Numbered from the stretch's first letter, positions 37,264 to 48,151 are shown. The stretch: 58,822 bases of DNA from Candidatus Paceibacter sp. (GCA_020724885.1 DYGD01000001.1:7018-65839), one strand, 5' to 3'. Numbers and translations are program-made. The notes: generated from the letters alone by a model not told the origin.

Positions 37264-37951
37264 TCTTCTTTTCTTCTTCCGCACTAAAAACTTTTTTATA
37301 TTTCGCGCCACTTTTGCCTTTGACTCTTTTTTCACACTCCGCCCATGTCTTATGAGTTTTTATGACTCCGTTTATCATACTGACATAAGAATACGCTTTG
37401 CCTCTTTTACCTGTTTTAGCTTTGCTAGTTGGAGGTGGAGTTTTTAAATGCTCATATCCAGAAAGCAAACCTGAATAAAGCTCAAGGGGGTTCCGGTCGG
37501 CAAAAGCGGTGGCGATTCCATCTGCGCGTTCGTTGCCGGAAACTCCGCTGTGCCCGGCCACATGTTTCCATTCAATTTTTTTATTTTTAACAAGTTCCAA
37601 AAGATTTTCCCATAAATCCTTGTTTAAAACCGGCTCTTTGTTTTTTGTAACCCAGTTTCTTTTCTCCCACGAGTAAATCCATTTAGTTATTCCATTGATA
37701 AGATAATTAGAATCAGTATATATAATTATTAGTTGATAGTTTATAGTTGATAGTTTATAGAAAGAAACAAATTCTAATGCTTTAATTGCCGCTGTAAGTT
37801 CCATTCTGTTGTTAGTTGTGTGATCTTCGTGCCCGCCAAGTTCAACGACTTTTGATGAGCCGTTTTGGTTTTGCAAAACCAAAACGGCGCCCCAGCCACC
37901 GGCCCCCGGGTTGCCACGCGAAGCGCCATCGGTAAAAATTATAGTTCTCAT
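37241..37951 (-). CDS. rnhA: ribonuclease HI with C-terminal viroplasmin-like hybrid-binding domain
   Basis: FTDGASRGNPG.GGWG, TTNNRMEL.A, N.DLW and GNERAD motifs; C-terminal TWAECEKRVKG.SGAKYKK. Confidence 0.93.
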   Translation of the reverse strand: MRTIIFTDGASRGNPGAGGWGAVLVLQNQNGSSKVVELGGHEDHTTNNRMELTAAIKALEFVSFYKLSTINYQLIIIYTDSNYLINGITKWIYSWEKRNWVTKNKEPVLNKDLWENLLELVKNKKIEWKHVAGHSGVSGNERADGIATAFADRNPLELYSGLLSGYEHLKTPPPTSKAKTGKRGKAYSYVSMINGVIKTHKTWAECEKRVKGKSGAKYKKVFSAEEEKKIIESWRK

Positions 37952-37957
37952 TTAATT

Positions 37958-39658
37958 TTAATTAAAAACATCAACAATCCTTAATCGGAATTCCGGACGA
38001 CCCAAAAAGAAGGATTCTTCCAGAGAAACTATGAGGTTCGCTTTTTCTCCTTCATTTAAAAATTTAATTTTTTCTTTCGGAGCAAAAAAATAAATCGCCC
38101 GAACATCCGTCCCGATAAACTTAATTTCAAAATGTTTGCCTTGTTTTCCAAATTCTTTCAAAGACTTTATTTCAATTTTTTCAATTAAAAATATCGGCTT
38201 TGGATTCCCAACACCAAACGGCGCCAGTTTTTTTATAATCTCAAAAGTTGTTTGATTTGCATCTTTGATATCAAGCTTTTCATCAATAATGATTTTTTCC
38301 GGTTGAAAATCCTTAACGCTAGAAACCGTTTCGCAAGCCAAAGAAATTTTTTCCGGCAAGGTGTGAATCTTTTCAAAAATTACCGAAAAACCGCCAGCCA
38401 TTTTATGCCCGCCGAACTCAAGAAAACAATCGCGAGTTTCTTCCAAAATAGACAATATATTAATTTTTCCGTCCGAACGGCAAGAACCCTTGATAACTTC
38501 TTCGCCGTCCCGACCCCAAAGAAAAACCGGTTTTTTGAATTCCTCAACCAAATTATTAGCAACCAAACCCAAAAGCGCCGGACGCCATTTTGGATTGCCA
38601 ATAACGAGCGAACGACCGGAAAGTATCGCGTCATTTTTGAAAATATGCTGTTTTATTTCCTTTGAAATCAAAGCCACCGCCCCTTTTCTCTCATTATTTA
38701 TTTCATTTAAACGGATAGTCGCTTCCTCGGCTTCCTTGAAGTTCTTCGTGGAAAGAAGTCCGAAAGCGTCTAAAGCGCTACCCATTCTAGACGCGGCATT
38801 AATTCTCGGCGTAATCATAAAAGTTATGTCATCTTCAGAAAGATGTCTTTGTTCAATCCGCAGTTTTTCAAACATTTTACGCAAGCCCGGCCGGCGGGAC
38901 TTTCTTAAAACCAAAATTCCGTAATACGCCAACACCCGGTTCTCGCCGACTAAAGGCACCATATCAGAAAGAGTGGCTAAGCCGGCCATGTCTAAAAACC
39001 ATTTTTCCTGACCCTTCTTCCATTCAAAACCGCCACGCTCAATTAGGCCTTGAATCAATTTATAAACCACCGCCGCGCCACAAAGGTGCAAAAAAGGATA
39101 GGTTGAATCGGGGCGTTTGGGGTTAATTACCGAGAGAGCTCCTTCCGGCAATCCACTGCTATTTACCTCATGGTGATCGGTAATGATGACATCAATGCCG
39201 AACTCATGCGCTTTTTGAACTTGCGCGGTATCAGCCGTGCCACAATCAATAGTAATTATTAAATTAACTTTTTTCTCGGCAAAACTTTCAACTGCTTCCA
39301 AATGCAAACCGAAGCCATCGTTGTGCCGATGCGGAATATGATTTTCAAAATTATTGAAACCAATTTCTTTGAAAAAGTCGTGAAGCATCACAGCTCCGGG
39401 AATTCCGTCAGCGTCGTAGTCGCTGTAGATAACAACTTTTTCGTTATTTTTTACAGCCGTAGAGATTCGCTGAACCGCCTTATCCAAATCATTCAATAAA
39501 AACGGATTATGAAGGTGTTCTTCATAATCGGGATTTAAAAATTTTTCTATTTCCGGCCCGTCTTTTATGCCACGCAAGTGCAGAAGTTTTTTTAAAAGAG
39601 AATCAGGATCGTTTTCCAAGCCGTCTAGATTAATTTCCGCCAAAGAATATTTTTCCAT
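37958..39658 (-). CDS. recJ: ssDNA exonuclease RecJ
   Basis: DYDADG, ITIDCG, TDHH, PRINAASR, GGH..AGG and PFG.GNP.P motifs. Confidence 0.96.
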   Translation of the reverse strand: MEKYSLAEINLDGLENDPDSLLKKLLHLRGIKDGPEIEKFLNPDYEEHLHNPFLLNDLDKAVQRISTAVKNNEKVVIYSDYDADGIPGAVMLHDFFKEIGFNNFENHIPHRHNDGFGLHLEAVESFAEKKVNLIITIDCGTADTAQVQKAHEFGIDVIITDHHEVNSSGLPEGALSVINPKRPDSTYPFLHLCGAAVVYKLIQGLIERGGFEWKKGQEKWFLDMAGLATLSDMVPLVGENRVLAYYGILVLRKSRRPGLRKMFEKLRIEQRHLSEDDITFMITPRINAASRMGSALDAFGLLSTKNFKEAEEATIRLNEINNERKGAVALISKEIKQHIFKNDAILSGRSLVIGNPKWRPALLGLVANNLVEEFKKPVFLWGRDGEEVIKGSCRSDGKINILSILEETRDCFLEFGGHKMAGGFSVIFEKIHTLPEKISLACETVSSVKDFQPEKIIIDEKLDIKDANQTTFEIIKKLAPFGVGNPKPIFLIEKIEIKSLKEFGKQGKHFEIKFIGTDVRAIYFFAPKEKIKFLNEGEKANLIVSLEESFFLGRPEFRLRIVDVFN

Positions 39659-39737
39659 CCCAAAAATTATACCACGCCCCGCCAAGGCGCTTTGCGCCTT
39701 GGCGGGGCAATTTCCTTCCTATGATATAATTTTTATT

Positions 39738-40118
39738 ATGAAAGATGAAAATTGCACTTTTTGTAAAATTGCCAAAAAAGAAATTCCGGCGCACATAGTT
39801 TACGAAGATAATAATTTTATGGTATTTCTTGATATAAATCCGCAGACACCCGGACACGTTCAAGTCATACCGAAAGAACACTACCGATGGGTATGGGACG
39901 TCCCCAATATCGGTGAATATTTTAAAATTGCGCAAAAAATTGCCCTGGCTCAAAGAAAGGCCTTTAAAACCGAGTGGATTCTTTCAAGAATTATCGGCGA
40001 CGAACAACCTCACGCTCATATTTGGGTTTTTCCCGCCGGCGATGCCGATGGTCACAAAGGCGACCTGCATGGAAATGCCAAGAAGATAATTGAAGTATTG
40101 GAAGAGGTAAAAAATTGA
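39738..40118 (+). CDS. HIT-family hydrolase
   Basis: CTFCKI, FLDINP..PGH..VIPKEH and PHAHIW motifs. Confidence 0.92.
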   Translation: MKDENCTFCKIAKKEIPAHIVYEDNNFMVFLDINPQTPGHVQVIPKEHYRWVWDVPNIGEYFKIAQKIALAQRKAFKTEWILSRIIGDEQPHAHIWVFPAGDADGHKGDLHGNAKKIIEVLEEVKN

Positions 40119-40215
40119 CCTAATTGCTCCAATCAACCTAAAAAATCCTAAACGCCGATTCCTAATTTAGAAAATGGGTCAGTAAGTATTGTCTAAAATA
40201 ATTAGGCAAATTAAG

Positions 40216-41337
40216 TTAATTCTCCAAAGCTTCAATCCCCCGTAATGTCTCGTTCGCCAAAAAATCAAGCATCGCGCCGCCAGCAGTTGAGACAAAAGTG
40301 AATTTTAATAAATCGGAATCAGACAAAGCTGAAATGGTGTCGCCACCGCCCAAAATTGTCTGGGCTGAACTTTGAGAAATCAGGTCGGCCAGTTTTTGAG
40401 TCCCTTCCAAAAAACCTTCTTCCAGATTTCCCATTGGTCCGTTCCAAAGAATAAATTTTGATTTTTGGATAATTTTTTCAAGCGATTCCAAATCGCCGAT
40501 CACCAGATCTTTGATGGCTTCTTCCACCCGCATTTCATTTATAGATTTTTTTGCATGATTTTCTCTGTCTCCAATTATGACATTTTGAGGCAGAATCACT
40601 TTTGAATTTTGCGAGAGCTCTATAATTTGCCCTTCAATGCCTTCCGAAACAAGCGATTCTCCAACTTCAAAGCCGCGGGTTTTAAAAAAATCATTAGCTA
40701 AAACTCCGCCAACAAAAATATAATCAGCGGTCTTCGCAAATTTTTTCAGAAGGGGCACTTTTGTTTCCGTTTTGGCGCCACCTAAAATAAAAAGGAATGG
40801 GTGCGACGGATTAAAAGCCAAGCGCAAATTTTTAACTTCTTCATCAAAAAGCAAGCCGACAAAACTAGGCAGAAATTTCGGCAAGCCGACGATAGAAGCA
40901 TGTTTGCGGTGGGAAACAGAAAATGCCTCGTTAACATAAATATCGCCAAAAGATGCCAACTTTTTGGTAAAATTTTCATCGTTTTCTTTTTCACCAGAAT
41001 TCAACCGCAAATTTTCAAAAAGGATGACTCCGCCACTACCAATTTCCCCAACCTGTTTTTCCAATTCCAAAAAATCAGCGGCAAAAATCAGATCCGGAAT
41101 TTCTTTTCTTAAATATTCAAAAACTGACCTCAAACTTAATACATTTTTGTCTTTGTCTTCTATGTGGCTTAGAAGAATAATTTTAGCGCCCCTCTCTTTA
41201 AGAAAATTTATGGTTGGCAAAACTTTTTTAATACGGAAACTTTCGCCGACCAAGCCGTTTTGGAAAGGAACATTAAAATCAACTCTGACTAAAACCCTTT
41301 TTCCTTTTAACTCCTCCGCCTCTGTTATTTTTTTCAT
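40216..41337 (-). CDS. pgk: phosphoglycerate kinase
   Basis: RVDFNVP, ENLR, WNGPMG, GGGDT and STAGGA motifs. Confidence 0.96.
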   Translation of the reverse strand: MKKITEAEELKGKRVLVRVDFNVPFQNGLVGESFRIKKVLPTINFLKERGAKIILLSHIEDKDKNVLSLRSVFEYLRKEIPDLIFAADFLELEKQVGEIGSGGVILFENLRLNSGEKENDENFTKKLASFGDIYVNEAFSVSHRKHASIVGLPKFLPSFVGLLFDEEVKNLRLAFNPSHPFLFILGGAKTETKVPLLKKFAKTADYIFVGGVLANDFFKTRGFEVGESLVSEGIEGQIIELSQNSKVILPQNVIIGDRENHAKKSINEMRVEEAIKDLVIGDLESLEKIIQKSKFILWNGPMGNLEEGFLEGTQKLADLISQSSAQTILGGGDTISALSDSDLLKFTFVSTAGGAMLDFLANETLRGIEALEN

Positions 41338-42110
41338 TTTAAACTCTCCAGAACTTTTAAAATTTTTTTCACCGTCTCCGGTTCCAAGCTGGCTCTGCCC
41401 GGTAAAATTCCAGAAACTTTACCATGAGAAACAATATCTAAAACATTTGCCTCGGAAACCGAACCGCCATAAATAATTTGCGGTCTAAAAGCCGCGGTCT
41501 TACCGTAATTTTCCGCCAAGACTTTCCGAATAAAAATCGTCATTTGGTGCAAATCTTCACCTTTCATGTTCTCTTTGTCGTTCTTGCCAATCGCCCAAAC
41601 CGGCTCATAGGCGACAATTATTTTCCCTAGATCATTTTTCTTTAACCGACTGAAAGTAGTCTTAACTTGCGCCTTTAATATTTCAAAAAAATGACCGTCC
41701 TTATCTCTTTCTTTTTCACCGATACAGACAACGGGTTTCAAACCGGCTTTCAAAGCGACTTTTATTTTTTTATTCACCATTTCGTCGGTTTCCCCTCTCT
41801 CTCGTCTTTCAGAATGGCCTAAAATCACATACTCCACTCCTAAATTTTTCAACATCGTCGCGCTAATTTCGCCAGTGAAAGCCCGACTACCAGAGACAGG
41901 GTCTTCCTCAAAAATATTTTGAGTGCCGATTCCAATCACCGATGGCTTAGTGCTAATAACTGACAGATAAATAGAAGGGGGGCAGATGACCAATTCGGTT
42001 TTTTTAAAATTTTTAGCCAAATGATTAAGCGCCGAAAAAATCCTCCGCGCTTCATTTAAAGTTGCTGGGTTCATCTTCCAATTACCGATTAAAATTTTTC
42101 TAGATTTCAT
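41334..42110 (-). CDS. tpiA: triosephosphate isomerase
   Basis: GNWKMN, GHSERR, AYEPVWAIG and YGGSV motifs. Confidence 0.97.
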   Translation of the reverse strand: MKSRKILIGNWKMNPATLNEARRIFSALNHLAKNFKKTELVICPPSIYLSVISTKPSVIGIGTQNIFEEDPVSGSRAFTGEISATMLKNLGVEYVILGHSERRERGETDEMVNKKIKVALKAGLKPVVCIGEKERDKDGHFFEILKAQVKTTFSRLKKNDLGKIIVAYEPVWAIGKNDKENMKGEDLHQMTIFIRKVLAENYGKTAAFRPQIIYGGSVSEANVLDIVSHGKVSGILPGRASLEPETVKKILKVLESLK

Positions 42111-42285
42111 CGAACTTATTATATCCCATCTCGCCTAAAATCCGAAAACGTAAGAAGCTTTAAAAAAGTAATTTCACATCGCGCCAAAAACTCAAGTTAG
42201 CAATATAACGATCGTCAATGTGTTTAATCTGATTCTCCAGTTTTTAGCTTAGTGAAATAAAGAAATAACAAGGTGGAGAAAATTC

Positions 42286-43716
42286 TTATCTAATCTCCTG
42301 CCAGTTTAACAGCTTAAAATCGGGGTTTATGTATGGAGTAAAAACGGGCGGATTATAGATTTGACCGGAATCAAAGTAGCTTTCTCTCTTGCGATAGCCG
42401 GAAACTATCTCACTTCCGGATATCCACTGAGTTCCAACACGGCCATTGCTTACAATTGAGCCGTAAATTTCCAGCTTCTCCTTTATATTGCCATTATAAT
42501 GATTCCTGGAAAACCTTCCTTTTTGAGCGATAAAAATTCCCCTTAATTCCATTTGATCCGGAGAGTTGGGACCGATCAAGATATTCCGTTGACCGATTAA
42601 AAGCAAACCCTCGGAACCATCTTTGAGAACATAATCAATATTGCCCTGCAATATAACATCGGTATCAACATTTGAGTCAATTAGATTGGCCGAGGCCAGC
42701 GCTATTTTCCCATCAACTTCCCCTTCCGGCCAAATATTATCTTCAACAAAAATCGCGGAACATTCCGATGGTATAGAAAAATTATCATGAAAATACTGGC
42801 TACTTATATTGAAATAGTCGTAATGCCAACCCTCTTCCAAAGAATAAGCCCAAGTAGAAGACACCCCAGTAATCACAAAAACATCAAAGGTTCCATCACT
42901 TTTGAAAACTACTCGATAACCCCTGCCTTGAGGATTTAAGTCGGTTGAGGGCGGCAAATATACTCCACTACCTTGCGCGGCGTTTTTCATTTGAGCTAGG
43001 TCAATAGTAATACCATTAAAATCAAAAGAAGGGACAGGAAAATCAAATAAATCAGGATTGGCGACTCCGGTAGTGGTGAAAACCCCATCTTCTTCCCTGG
43101 TCGGGTCGCAACCAAAAGAAGAAGTGCATGTCCAAGTCTCTAGAGCTGAGCTGACGATGGACTGATTCTCGCCGTCAAACCTAATGCCACCGTTAGAATG
43201 ATATCTCCCCCTAATTTCATGGTCGGATCCAATCCAGACATTACTGTTCAAAACATAAGAATAGCTGGCGACTGATTCCCTGGCATAAAGAGCCGAGACC
43301 TGACGCTTTGTACTAGGCAATCTTTCGGTCCAACCGGTCGAGGCGATCCCGTCTTGAATAGTCAAACCGCACGATTCAACTTTTTGGGTATCAAGAGAAA
43401 AATGACCGAGCAATTCCCCGCTAGCGCCGTAGTACGGGTTTTCCGCCAGACAACTATCCTCAACTTCATTATTCAAACACCAACGATAATAATTCAAGCC
43501 GGCTTCGGCAATATGCAAGGCCTCATTCCAAGCCAATCTTTGGGTTGAAATTTTAAATTGATTAAGAACAAAACTAAACAACCCCCCAAGTAAAATTAAA
43601 AATACAATTCCAAAACTTAAAACATAAAGAGTGATCGCCCCCTTGTTTTTCTGTTTCAAAAAGTCGGGATTATTCTTCTTTAAGATTGCGTATTTGAACA
43701 TATGACTCCAACTCAA
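42286..43716 (-). CDS. PilX-like pilus-associated protein
   Basis: KG + hydrophobic helix and A..IAEAG motif; in pilin cluster; start uncertain. Confidence 0.7.
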   Translation of the reverse strand: MSWSHMFKYAILKKNNPDFLKQKNKGAITLYVLSFGIVFLILLGGLFSFVLNQFKISTQRLAWNEALHIAEAGLNYYRWCLNNEVEDSCLAENPYYGASGELLGHFSLDTQKVESCGLTIQDGIASTGWTERLPSTKRQVSALYARESVASYSYVLNSNVWIGSDHEIRGRYHSNGGIRFDGENQSIVSSALETWTCTSSFGCDPTREEDGVFTTTGVANPDLFDFPVPSFDFNGITIDLAQMKNAAQGSGVYLPPSTDLNPQGRGYRVVFKSDGTFDVFVITGVSSTWAYSLEEGWHYDYFNISSQYFHDNFSIPSECSAIFVEDNIWPEGEVDGKIALASANLIDSNVDTDVILQGNIDYVLKDGSEGLLLIGQRNILIGPNSPDQMELRGIFIAQKGRFSRNHYNGNIKEKLEIYGSIVSNGRVGTQWISGSEIVSGYRKRESYFDSGQIYNPPVFTPYINPDFKLLNWQEIR

Positions 43717-44668
43717 AATCGTTCGGGGCGCGGTCTACCCGGACATTAACTATTAAATGCACTTTGACCATCCGGACGTCAATCAAACGTGCTGGCAAAT
43801 CTTCAACCTTGTTCCCTCCAGCATCAAAGTATTCAAAAATCGGCGGAGAGTTCCTGACATAAGAAGTCAAAATTGAAACATCTTCTTGGTCTGAAGGATA
43901 GCTGACCTGTCCGTTTTGACCAATAATAGGTTTTGTCACCCCTTTTTTGAATTCATGAGCAAAGGCTGATAAATCTTCTTGCCAAGAAAATTCAAACCTC
44001 GCTTTCATGGCATGAGGACAGATTGGATCAACGGTGCTTCTGGCATCAGCAAGCAACGAGATAGAGCCATTTTCAACATGATTTGTGACATCAAAAACGC
44101 TCGTGCCTTGCCAATTTGACGGACAGTCGTTGCACCCTGATTGACAGACCCGTCCAAGATTACTGACGGTATTGGCATAAATGTCCGCATATTCGTTGCC
44201 AGCGCCAAAATCTCCGTCGACCAAAACCCTTACTTGAGCTGAGATCAAGCCACCCTGTAGAAAATCAGAAAATTGAACATCACAAGACCCACCGGCCGAA
44301 AAGGTTTCGCATTCGGTGACTTGATCTCCATACCCGACTGTTCCCAAAAAATACCGAACCCGTTCAACTAATCCATCACTATCAATATCGCTATAAAAAA
44401 CGAATTCTTTGCCTGCAGCGGTTTCAATAGGATAAGCTCCGTCGTCTCCGGTCCTAGCAGTTCTGATTTCTCTGACCAAAACTTCAATTCCTCTCCTAGC
44501 TTCGTTTATTGCCATTGATTGCTCCAAACCATAGCCGTAAGTACGATAAAGAGACGCGATTAAACCAGATACAGCCCCCATCATCAAACCTAAGATCGCC
44601 ACCGCCACCAAAGTTTCAATTAAAGTCAGACCCCTCTTTTGATTAAAATCAATCATAAGTTTATTCAA
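43670..44668 (-). CDS. prepilin-type (PilW-like) protein
   Basis: RG-LTLIETLV class III signal. Confidence 0.8.
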   Translation of the reverse strand: MNKLMIDFNQKRGLTLIETLVAVAILGLMMGAVSGLIASLYRTYGYGLEQSMAINEARRGIEVLVREIRTARTGDDGAYPIETAAGKEFVFYSDIDSDGLVERVRYFLGTVGYGDQVTECETFSAGGSCDVQFSDFLQGGLISAQVRVLVDGDFGAGNEYADIYANTVSNLGRVCQSGCNDCPSNWQGTSVFDVTNHVENGSISLLADARSTVDPICPHAMKARFEFSWQEDLSAFAHEFKKGVTKPIIGQNGQVSYPSDQEDVSILTSYVRNSPPIFEYFDAGGNKVEDLPARLIDVRMVKVHLIVNVRVDRAPNDFELESYVQIRNLKEE

Positions 44669-45992
44669 TTCGGTCTAAATCTATATCCATAAAAGTGTTG
44701 CCGAAGACAGACACCGAGGTGGAAAAAGAGCTATAACTTTGGCCGGCTGATACTTCCAAATCATAATCTCCAGATTCTAATGGGATAAACAAAATTTGTC
44801 CGTTAGAGTCGGTAAAACTGGTCTCGTCGTATCCACCATTAAACAACCTGACACTAGCTGAAAAGACCGGATCTGAAGTATCCTGCTCTTTGACTGTAAC
44901 CAAAAGAGTATTTTCGGCGCTGACAAAAAGTTGAACATTCATTGCGTCTCCGGGATCCAGAGCGATTGGCTGTGGCGATGGGACAATATCAACCAAACTC
45001 AAATTAGAAGGTGAAACGACGGAGAACTCGTAATTATCCCATTCCAAATTATATACACCAACCACACCCTGAGAATTAGTGGTGTGATCAGCCAAATACT
45101 TATAAACCGGCTGGTCATTTATATCTGTGCCGATAATTTTCTGCCCTTTCAAATTGAAAGTGACATTTGGCACCGGGAATGTCTCTTCATCAATTACAGA
45201 TAAAGTTTCCACCGAAAAACTCGCTGACTGATCAATCACAAAGGTCTTTTGGGTAAGTTCCAAATCGATGACATTCAAATGAGGATTCAGGGGTGTGGTT
45301 ATCTCATCACTGCCGTATGTTCGCTCGGAATTAAAACCGGATTTTGAGACGACGACTTTATAAGACCCGGAGGGAAGAGAAAAATAGTGTTGCCCTTCAA
45401 AAGGCGTAGCCGAATTCAAAAGATCGTTTGTATCGGGATCTCGCACCTCAATCGTTGGCGAAGAAACCAACAATCCAGAAGTGTCCGCTACCGCGATCAA
45501 GAGAATACCCCCGTCATCAGCGCATTCTTGAGCAAGATTCTTGGGAGGAATATTTGTCACCATAAAAATATCCACCTCAAACCTACCCGAAGATAGCACG
45601 CTAATTTCAGCTTTTTTGTAATCATTTGGACACTCGTCTCCATCGCCCTGGGCTATGCCGTCAGCCGAATCTGCTACATAGTCAACCCTCCTGTTTATTG
45701 AAAAGGTAACCCCGCCAGAAATAATTTCATCTGTCGCCGCAAGCACCCCTTCTGGGTGGGAATTAACAACACCGATATCTTCGTAAGGCATATTGCGAAT
45801 CTTTTCTAATTCAGCATTAGCAATCGCGGTGGCAATAACCCTAGCTTTAGAAGTTCCGATGACTTTCAAGCCCGCCTGATACGCCGCGATAATAGAAGAA
45901 AAAACCAACAAAGCCAGAGCCGTTCCGACAACAACATCAATCAAAGAAAATCCTCTTGTTTTGTTTTGGAAAAAAGACATTTTAAATATCAT
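44661..45992 (-). CDS. prepilin-type (PilV-like) protein with beta-sandwich repeats
   Basis: RG-FSLIDVVV signal; G.Y.V.VSK.G carboxypeptidase-regulatory-like motifs. Confidence 0.75.
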   Translation of the reverse strand: MIFKMSFFQNKTRGFSLIDVVVGTALALLVFSSIIAAYQAGLKVIGTSKARVIATAIANAELEKIRNMPYEDIGVVNSHPEGVLAATDEIISGGVTFSINRRVDYVADSADGIAQGDGDECPNDYKKAEISVLSSGRFEVDIFMVTNIPPKNLAQECADDGGILLIAVADTSGLLVSSPTIEVRDPDTNDLLNSATPFEGQHYFSLPSGSYKVVVSKSGFNSERTYGSDEITTPLNPHLNVIDLELTQKTFVIDQSASFSVETLSVIDEETFPVPNVTFNLKGQKIIGTDINDQPVYKYLADHTTNSQGVVGVYNLEWDNYEFSVVSPSNLSLVDIVPSPQPIALDPGDAMNVQLFVSAENTLLVTVKEQDTSDPVFSASVRLFNGGYDETSFTDSNGQILFIPLESGDYDLEVSAGQSYSSFSTSVSVFGNTFMDIDLDRIE

Positions 45993-46468
45993 GGCAGAAC
46001 CTCAATCGCGCCCGTCGGATAAATGGCCAAAGTGATACTATTTTCGGGTTGGGCTGAAAGAGAAATAATCACCGTGCCGTGTTGCTCAGCTGAACCAGCC
46101 GGTCGGGAGAAAATCACTGAATCACCATTGCCACCGATTAAATTAACTTCCGAAATCACAACAGATTCATCTAGAAAATAGCTCTGATTGGTTAGAGAAG
46201 TAGGCAAAAAAATGTCGCCGCGGAATATCACGACTTCCCGTCCGCCAGCCTTTAAATAAACTCCATAATGCGACGCATCTTGCGCCGAAAGAGTCAGCAA
46301 GCGAGCTTCTTCAAAAATTGAAACAATCTTGCCGGCTTCTTTGTTCAAAACCTGATTTTTCTGAAAGCCGCCAAAAGCAAAGTAAGAAAAAATGGCCAAA
46401 GCGGTAAAAGTCCCCAGGACGACAAGAGTTTTCGGAATTGCAAGACCTGCTTTTAGTTTGTAGTCCAT
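45989..46468 (-). CDS. FimT/GspH-like minor pilin
   Basis: Degenerate prepilin helix, EAR..TLS motif and cluster context. Confidence 0.6.
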   Translation of the reverse strand: MDYKLKAGLAIPKTLVVLGTFTALAIFSYFAFGGFQKNQVLNKEAGKIVSIFEEARLLTLSAQDASHYGVYLKAGGREVVIFRGDIFLPTSLTNQSYFLDESVVISEVNLIGGNGDSVIFSRPAGSAEQHGTVIISLSAQPENSITLAIYPTGAIEVLP

Positions 46469-46534
46469 AGTTGATGATTTATAGTCCGCGATAAAAAACT
46501 TTTTCTTTTCAAAAATATAAACTACCGACCAACT

Positions 46535-47758
46535 TTATATCGCGTCAACCAAAGAATAAATCGGACCGAGCATAGAAACAGCGAAAATACCAACAAACAA
46601 ACCAATGCACACCATCAGAACCGGCTCCACAATGGTAGAGAAATTTTTGGTTTTCTGATTGACCTCTTCCTCATAAAAATCTGCGACATTAGAAAACATT
46701 TCAGAAAGCTTTCCTGTTTCCTCGCCGATGGAAACCATCTCACCGACAAATGGCGGATATAATTTTTGAGCGCTATCCTCTAAAAAAACCGAGGCAATGG
46801 AGTCGCCTTTTCTGACACTGGCTTCGGCTTTTTCCAAAATCTTTTTGTAAAAATGATTTTGGATGACATCACGCGTAATTTTAATCGCCACCAGAAAATC
46901 AACACCGGCAGACAACAAGCTGGATAATGTCCTAGCTGTTCGCGCCGAATTACTCTCTTTTATCAAAGTTGAAATAATCGGCAATCTTAAAAAACTGAAT
47001 CCAAGAAATCTTTTACCGCCTGGAGTTCTGAAAATAAAGACAACAGAAGAAACAAAAAAGATAATAAGGAGAAGGGACGATAAAGTATTATCCTTTAAAA
47101 AACTGCTAAGACCGATGATAATTCTTGTTGAAAGAGGTAAATCAAGATTCAGCTCCGAAAATGTCTGGGTCAGTGTCGGCACCAAAAAAATAAGAAGTAA
47201 TATGCTGATAATAATCATTACCGAGACGACAATCGCCGGATAAATCATCGCCCCTCTCAATCTTTTTATCAGAAGATAATTTTTTTCCATTTGTTCAGCG
47301 ACTGATTTCAAAGATTTGGTGATACTCCCGCTTTCTTCCCCAGCTTTAACCATTGAAATAAAAAGCGGGGAAAATACTTCTGGAAAATCAGAAATTGACT
47401 GACTCAAAGATTCACCATGCCCGACTCCTTGGGTTATCTTTGAAATCACCATTTTTAGTTTTTTGTTTCTAGTTTGGCGCTCCAAGACAGAAAGCGCTCG
47501 CGTCATCGGCAAACCCGACTCAATCATAGCGCCGAGATTTTTAGCAAAATTTATTTTTTCCGCCATCCCGACTCTGCCCAAAAATCCAACCAAGTTTAAG
47601 AAAGGTCTTCTTTTGCCGCGCCCTTTGTCTTCAACGGCTGAGATGACAGAGTCCCCGCTCTTCTTTAATTCTTCATACAAAGAATGCTGGTCGGTTGCTT
47701 CCATAGCACCCTCATAGACCTCGCCACTTGGTTTAACTGCTTTGAATTTAAACAACAT
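46535..47758 (-). CDS. pilC: type IV pilus platform protein (GspF family)
   Basis: MVKAGEESG, AMIYP, IGEETGKL and IVEP motifs. Confidence 0.93.
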   Translation of the reverse strand: MLFKFKAVKPSGEVYEGAMEATDQHSLYEELKKSGDSVISAVEDKGRGKRRPFLNLVGFLGRVGMAEKINFAKNLGAMIESGLPMTRALSVLERQTRNKKLKMVISKITQGVGHGESLSQSISDFPEVFSPLFISMVKAGEESGSITKSLKSVAEQMEKNYLLIKRLRGAMIYPAIVVSVMIIISILLLIFLVPTLTQTFSELNLDLPLSTRIIIGLSSFLKDNTLSSLLLIIFFVSSVVFIFRTPGGKRFLGFSFLRLPIISTLIKESNSARTARTLSSLLSAGVDFLVAIKITRDVIQNHFYKKILEKAEASVRKGDSIASVFLEDSAQKLYPPFVGEMVSIGEETGKLSEMFSNVADFYEEEVNQKTKNFSTIVEPVLMVCIGLFVGIFAVSMLGPIYSLVDAI

Positions 47759-47770
47759 ACCTATACAACA

Positions 47771-48148
47771 TTAATTATTATTGATTGTTTTGATTTTCCT
47801 TTTAAAACCGCCGAGTTGGTCACAGATTCCGGAAACTTCCTGCTGGATAAATTCAAAATCTTTTTGGCTAATCAGTTTGTTTCTGATTAAAGTATCACTA
47901 GCGGCCAATGTCTCGTAAGCTGAACCTAAAGCAATATCCAAAAATCTGTTAAGCTCCGCATCTGATATTTTACCACTTCCTTCGGCAATATTTAAAACAA
48001 CAGAAAAATTAGAACGAACCAATTGACTACCAAGCTCATAACGATACTTCTTCGGAAGCTTTTCTACTACATTTAAAATAAAGGAAAATAATTCTTGAGC
48101 ATCTTGGTATACTTGCCATTCCAGAAAGCGGAACTTTTTGATTGCCAT
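47771..48148 (-). CDS. four-helix-bundle (23S rRNA IVS protein family) protein
   Basis: F..W.VYQ.A, QL.RS..SV..NIAEG.G and RFL.IA.GSA.E motifs. Confidence 0.92.
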   Translation of the reverse strand: MAIKKFRFLEWQVYQDAQELFSFILNVVEKLPKKYRYELGSQLVRSNFSVVLNIAEGSGKISDAELNRFLDIALGSAYETLAASDTLIRNKLISQKDFEFIQQEVSGICDQLGGFKRKIKTINNN

Positions 48149-48151
48149 TTC

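Noticed and set aside
39567-39737. Overlapping extended starts of recJ and HIT
   Set aside because: Both extensions cross an intergenic GC palindrome (about 39675-39709); downstream ATGs give normal N-termini
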